The notes under the pieces are model-generated. The model had not been told where the DNA came from and did no database searches. It worked only from the letters and a program-made list of their open reading frames with translations. Shown in pieces: positions 58,613 through 64,000 of a stretch of DNA of 64,000 nt (the first letter of the stretch is position 1; every line of letters starts with the position of its first letter). The DNA lies in NCBI GenBank assembly GCA_030141605.1, contig JAQGDQ010000169.1, positions 248,001 to 312,000 on the forward strand, in the 5' to 3' direction. Both the position numbers and the translations under genes were made by a program. The stretch comes from Tubiluchus corallicola (lineage: Eukaryota; Animalia; Priapulida).

Positions 58613-61600
58613 TCTCAGTTTAACAATGACAGCTTAAATCAGTTCTAAGATATCCTATCACAACACTGAAAGTGTATTCAATACAGAGCCCAGAAAAACC
58701 AACTATTAGTACATGGTCGATCCAGTAAGAAGATGAGATCTAAAAATCCGTGAAAGTTATCATCTAATACTATAACAGCATGTTAAGCAATCTAAATGGT
58801 GTATCATTGCACAACAAAAAGTATATTTTGAAAAGGTTAGCTAGTTACGTCTTATAGCTACTATATCTTGATTATAAGCTATAAGTAGTCGGTGCAGCAT
58901 AGGGGTGTGGTGTCACGTGAGCTACTACTACACGCAAACTCAAATGTTTAAAGCCACTTTCCATCTGCAAATACATAGTGGGTGGAGCTCGCTAAATTTA
59001 AACCCAACAAAAAATTCACTTTGTCGCGTTTCAGCGCTTTGAATAAATATTTTAATGGTAATCTTGAAGATGAAGACCGAATCGGTCCTACGCATTGCGA
59101 ATTCTTTATTTTTGGTTTAGTATTCTTATAAGCAAACCATTTATATATGTCCTATTTTCAACTTTTACATGTTACCAGTTTCTATTAACTAATACTCTTA
59201 CTGACGTTAATATCTAACATTAACGCCAGATATTGCCCTAATAATGATTACATTTCAGTAATATATTCTCGTTATCATGACATACTCTGTGTCATAATGG
59301 TGCGTCAAATTGTCATTAGTTTCAGTTGCTAGTTCACTTAGCAACTATTTATCACAATAAAAAACAATTACTGATGATTATTACTTACTTTAAAGGGACT
59401 GGTGGATATCCTAGGTTTCCATAAGCCTATAATTCTTTAAGCCAGTTAACTCGTTAAAGCACATTTGTTACCCATCCCGCTAGTCTCAAAGCACAATATT
59501 CACCTGGTCAACGTTACCTGTTATCAGTAACAATGACTCTTTTGCCCCAGACCACTGGCTCTCAATTCATTGCTATGTTACTCCTATTTCAGAATTGTGG
59601 CAGTTAAAAATGGTTTGTTTTATTTGTATTAACGTTTGATTTACATTTTATCGCGAAAAACTATGAGTTGAGAAAAAGTATTCGTTTACTAACAAAAATG
59701 TTTGATTAGAAAGAAAAATAACCACTTAAAGAGGGAGAGTTGACGCCGGGGAGACAAAAATATAGACTCATTGCCAGAAAAGGCGAGCAGAAGTGTCAAG
59801 CCAGTTTGATTTCGAGCGAAAAGTATTCGCTCAGAAATCAAAAGGATAAGAAACCACTAGGTGACCAGTTGACCGACGGACAATAAATATAATCTCATAA
59901 ATAGAAATTGATCATTTATTGTCAAAATATAGATGCTGCGCAAGAACCGACAGTCTGTACGTAAGCAGATTCCCCAAACAAAATTAAATATTTGTTTTTG
60001 ATAGAGATTTACTCAGTAAGAGATACAGAGTCAAAAGTCTGAATTGCTCTTGACAGTGATGTGTTTTGAACTAAATCGTGGTGTGTCAGTGTTATTGTGA
60101 AAAGCAACTAAAAGGGATGTTTTCTAGCGAAGAGTTCTGCAAACGAGGACAGTGAAATCAAGGTTTTTATTGAATGAAAAACCACAATAATTGTTTTGGA
60201 GAATAAACTTCGATTAAAATCATTGAAGATAGTAACAACGTACGCGATTATTAAACTATGTAGCTGTCAAGTTTATTACTTATGCAAATTTGTGCCATCA
60301 GTCTGATATTCGTCTTTAATTGACTCTATTATCATCATCATCATCACTAGTATGTTGTTACCATCGTCGTCGATATTGTCGACATTATCACCATATTTTG
60401 TGTCAAGTGCAATAATGAATTACTATATTGATATAATATTCAAACGTATACATATTAAACAAAATAAAATTGTTGAATAGTTACTAATACCGTGGCGAGA
60501 GGAACAGCTTGTGCGGATTTGGATTGTTTTGGATCCGTAAATCTAAGGAACCGCGCAAAAATGAGATCCGCAAGCGCAAAATCCGTGGCTTTGGGGTGAT
60601 TCACAAATATCTTTGCTGATTTAATACCTTGTTGCACCACACAATGTTACAGAACACTTCAATTAGATCAAAATGAGCGTACGTTTATTTTTAATCATAA
60701 AGTGCCCTAGACTCTTGAAGGTAAATTTGCCTTTGAAACTCTATATTTTTCTGTTTGGCTTAATGAAAGTGAGCGTTGGTTTTTTTTTACTAGTATGCTA
60801 TGGCTTCCTGCTTTACGCGCATGAAAATCTAGGCATGAGGAGTAAATTGTGCACCTATTCACCATCACGATACATCTATAATGACAGCACGCATGCGCAC
60901 TGTACAACTGTGAAATAAATACTGCCGCGGGATTATTGAGAAATATTCGCATTTATGAGTCCCGCGTTGCATCGCGAATGACGAGTTAAACTTATAACTT
61001 ACTCTAGAGGACAATAAAAAATTGCATACTGTTTTAAAATTTTATTGACGCTAATGCATTGAAGTTTCAGTTAATTCGCGAAATGAGCACAAACGAGAAA
61101 CACTGTTAAATTGTTGAAAATAAAAGAGGAACTACTGTCTTAATAGGGATGTAGGCCTGTTGTACATGTGACAAAATTGAAGAACAGAAAAATGACTGTT
61201 AAAATAACTTATTAAGGCAGTAACAATTCGCAAGTGGTGAATCATTGTTCGTATGTTGTTCCTTGTGAGTTAGACCTTATTCAACTTTTATAGTTTCAAA
61301 ACTCCTGCAAGCTTTGGGCCGGATTGTACAGGATATCTAGGTAAATATAATTTTGTTATAAAACCTATCGCTGAAAAGGAAAAAAACAAAGCTTTTAGTT
61401 GGTAATATTCCATGATACCCAAAAGCCAACACAAACTGGTCGTTTAATTGCAAAGTGGCATTTTGAAAACCTTTTCACTTTTTTTCAGTAAAGTGAAATT
61501 AATAATTTACTAATTATTAATCATTAGTAATTTGCGTTGCTCTGACTATTTTAAATTAAAAAGTGAGAAAAACATTTTAGTGTTTTAATTTTTAGACAAC

Positions 61601-63120
61601 GTTTAACTTTTTAAAACACTGTGCATAATGACACGATTTCAAATATAGAGTTACATTGGGCATCCTGATAAAGCTACCAACGTAGAAAGCTTTATCTGAT
61701 TCTAGTGGTATTTAGGGAATGTGTTCCAATACTTGGTTTTTACTAGTAGATGTACATTAGGCCATGTAAGCTATATAGGGCACTTCACACACGGGTGCTG
61801 TGTTTTCCGTTTTGTATAAATCTTAAACTTTAAGTTAGGAGTGGAGCACCCTTAGAGGTGCCTATTGAATATACAGACTTAACTTATTTATTCCCTAAGC
61901 GAAATTTCGAAGGTTCTATCACTTTTGTTATTTAGTTCTTAACATTGTATATTCAAGAGAGCTCAACTGGCGCTAATTCGCAATTGTAAACGTGCACGGA
62001 CTTCCATCAAAAGACGACAGAAACGTGTGACATTAATAGGCTTAATTATATATTATTCTATATTTTTGCAGCACTACATTTTTTCTCCTTGAAGAAGGAG
62101 TCAATAAACTAACAAAGGGTAACATAAACCACACTAACTGCAGATAAAAAACAAATTTATTGATGTTACCAGTTATATTCATAAGCTTAACAAATTTATA
62201 TTTTATCTGCCCTTTCATGATTTGTTAGTTGAAAGAAGATTGCATTAGCAGTCAAAACGATTTTTCTTGAAACGAGTCAGTGCTAAACTAGAGAATCAGG
62301 TTTACCCTTATCATCAGCATAGTGGTCTCTCATATTACATTACATCAGCCATGCATCAGAAATGGGAAAATATTAATTTGCACAATTGCTGAAGTGGACT
62401 TGATAAAGCTGCGTAAGCCTCAGGAGTAACGATATTTACTCTGCTGTTATTGAATCGTATCACTACCAAGCATTCAGTTAACTCCGGCTTCAGTACTATC
62501 CATGGCTTCATCTAAAATAGAAAATGAATTTAAATTTTGTTTATCTAACATTTATGTAATTATTCTTAAGAGAAAGTTTTTGAAAGTCATTCGCTCCTGA
62601 CTGGTTCAAACTGATTTTTTTCTATGAAAATGAGTCTTTAACGTTCACTTTCAAAAACTGAAGCACAGGAAAAGGAAATATTGCGTGGAAAAAGAATGAT
62701 TATGTGGAAAACTGGTTCAGATTATTGAAATTAAATGCTAAATTTGTTGGAAAACTTAGTACCATTACTTTTGATAGCGTCTTTTGGAGGCTGCAATGCT
62801 GGATTGACACCAGAAATTGCCATTTAGAATTAGTATGCTATAGAGGTTATACCAGTTAGGGTTTCCATTTTTAGTAGTGTTGCTTAGGATTGCACCTCAT
62901 TGGCTGCTGGTTTAGATTCACTATACAGGTAATCAGTCAGAACTCCACTTCAGAGAGTGAACAGGTTCAACTCTATGCACTGCCATGTGAGGCCCTCCTC
63001 CGGTTAGCGCAGCATTCCAAAAACAGCTAGATGCAGGATAGTTTTATTCTAGAGATGACCAGTTAGGCTTTTCCGCTTCTAAGACTGCTAGTAATAGGTA
63101 CCACTAAATGCTGAACAACA

Positions 63121-63204
63121 TCTACTCTACTCTACTCTACTCTACTCTACTCTACTCTACTCTACTCTACTCTACTCTACTCTACTCTACTCTACTCTAC
63201 TCTA
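63121..63204. repeat. (CTACT)n pentanucleotide microsatellite
   Basis: Directly visible. Confidence 0.95.
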
Positions 63205-64000
63205 GACTATAGACTATACTGAACAAGATCTACTCTAGGTATATGTGGTACTCTACAGATCGCCACAGTCTCACTTTAAATACCACTGGCTAGGGTTCGC
63301 TACGGAGAAAGACAGAGAAAGAGAAGGAGAGAGAGAGAGAAGGAAGAGAGAGCACCAAATAGGATTCTATTCCATAGATTGGTAGTTGGGGTTTCATCTC
63401 AGAAATTACTTGTTAGTGTTCCTTTCCACAGCTTGTTATTTGAAGCTCAACGACGTCATTTAAACTCCACAAAATCTGTAAAGCTCAATGTATACAAAAA
63501 GACTGTAAATACCACTTGCTCAGCCGAGATGCTATTACAACAACTGAATGTTATAAAGGCGAAATCGGTAGTCTGTTGGTTACTTTGTAAGTGTAAACAG
63601 AAAGTCTGTTAAATGTCGCTAAAGCAAATTTTGCTTTTCTAATAACGTTTCCTTTTGAATAGTTTTCAGAATTCACATCACGCAAACTACGTTGAAAACG
63701 AGCCGTATGGGTAGTCCATACGTGTCGTGCTAACTAGACCCGACGCTACAGACATATAAACATGACATTCACCTTGTAAACAAGCAGCTTTATATTGTCG
63801 CACATATGCATACCCTTAATTACACAGCTAATTGTACATCGGCATAATAGAATCGCACAAGTATCTGTGACTAGTTGTAAACAATTTCCCACGAGTTTTG
63901 CATATCATATTTCGATACAACGATGCATCATACACGGCGATGACACATAATGGTGCATATGGCTTCTGCAATAAGCATGCAGAATCCCGCAAAAAATTAG

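Overview
AT-rich, intron-containing animal (invertebrate, probably protostome) genomic DNA; not prokaryotic. Hand splicing gives seven protein-coding loci: two tandem single-exon C2H2 zinc-finger paralogs (+), an 8-exon secreted double-DM13 (Skeletor/knickkopf-type) gene (+), a complete 13-exon ULK3 gene (+), an intronless biogenic-amine GPCR resembling type-2 tyramine receptors (+), a 4-exon DUF1647-like membrane protein gene (-), and a divergent ATG8/GABARAP-family gene (-) that the ORF track misses because its exons are short. The ATG8-like protein keeps the LIR-docking residues but has a TAG stop at the Tyr/Phe position just before the invariant conjugation glycine, with RGSIC* following in frame; this is the most unusual signal in the window. 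Two neighbouring genes each need a GC-AG intron. The rest is microsatellites, an RTE-type LINE remnant and several non-autonomous inverted-repeat DNA elements. Family assignments come from remembered motifs, not database searches.
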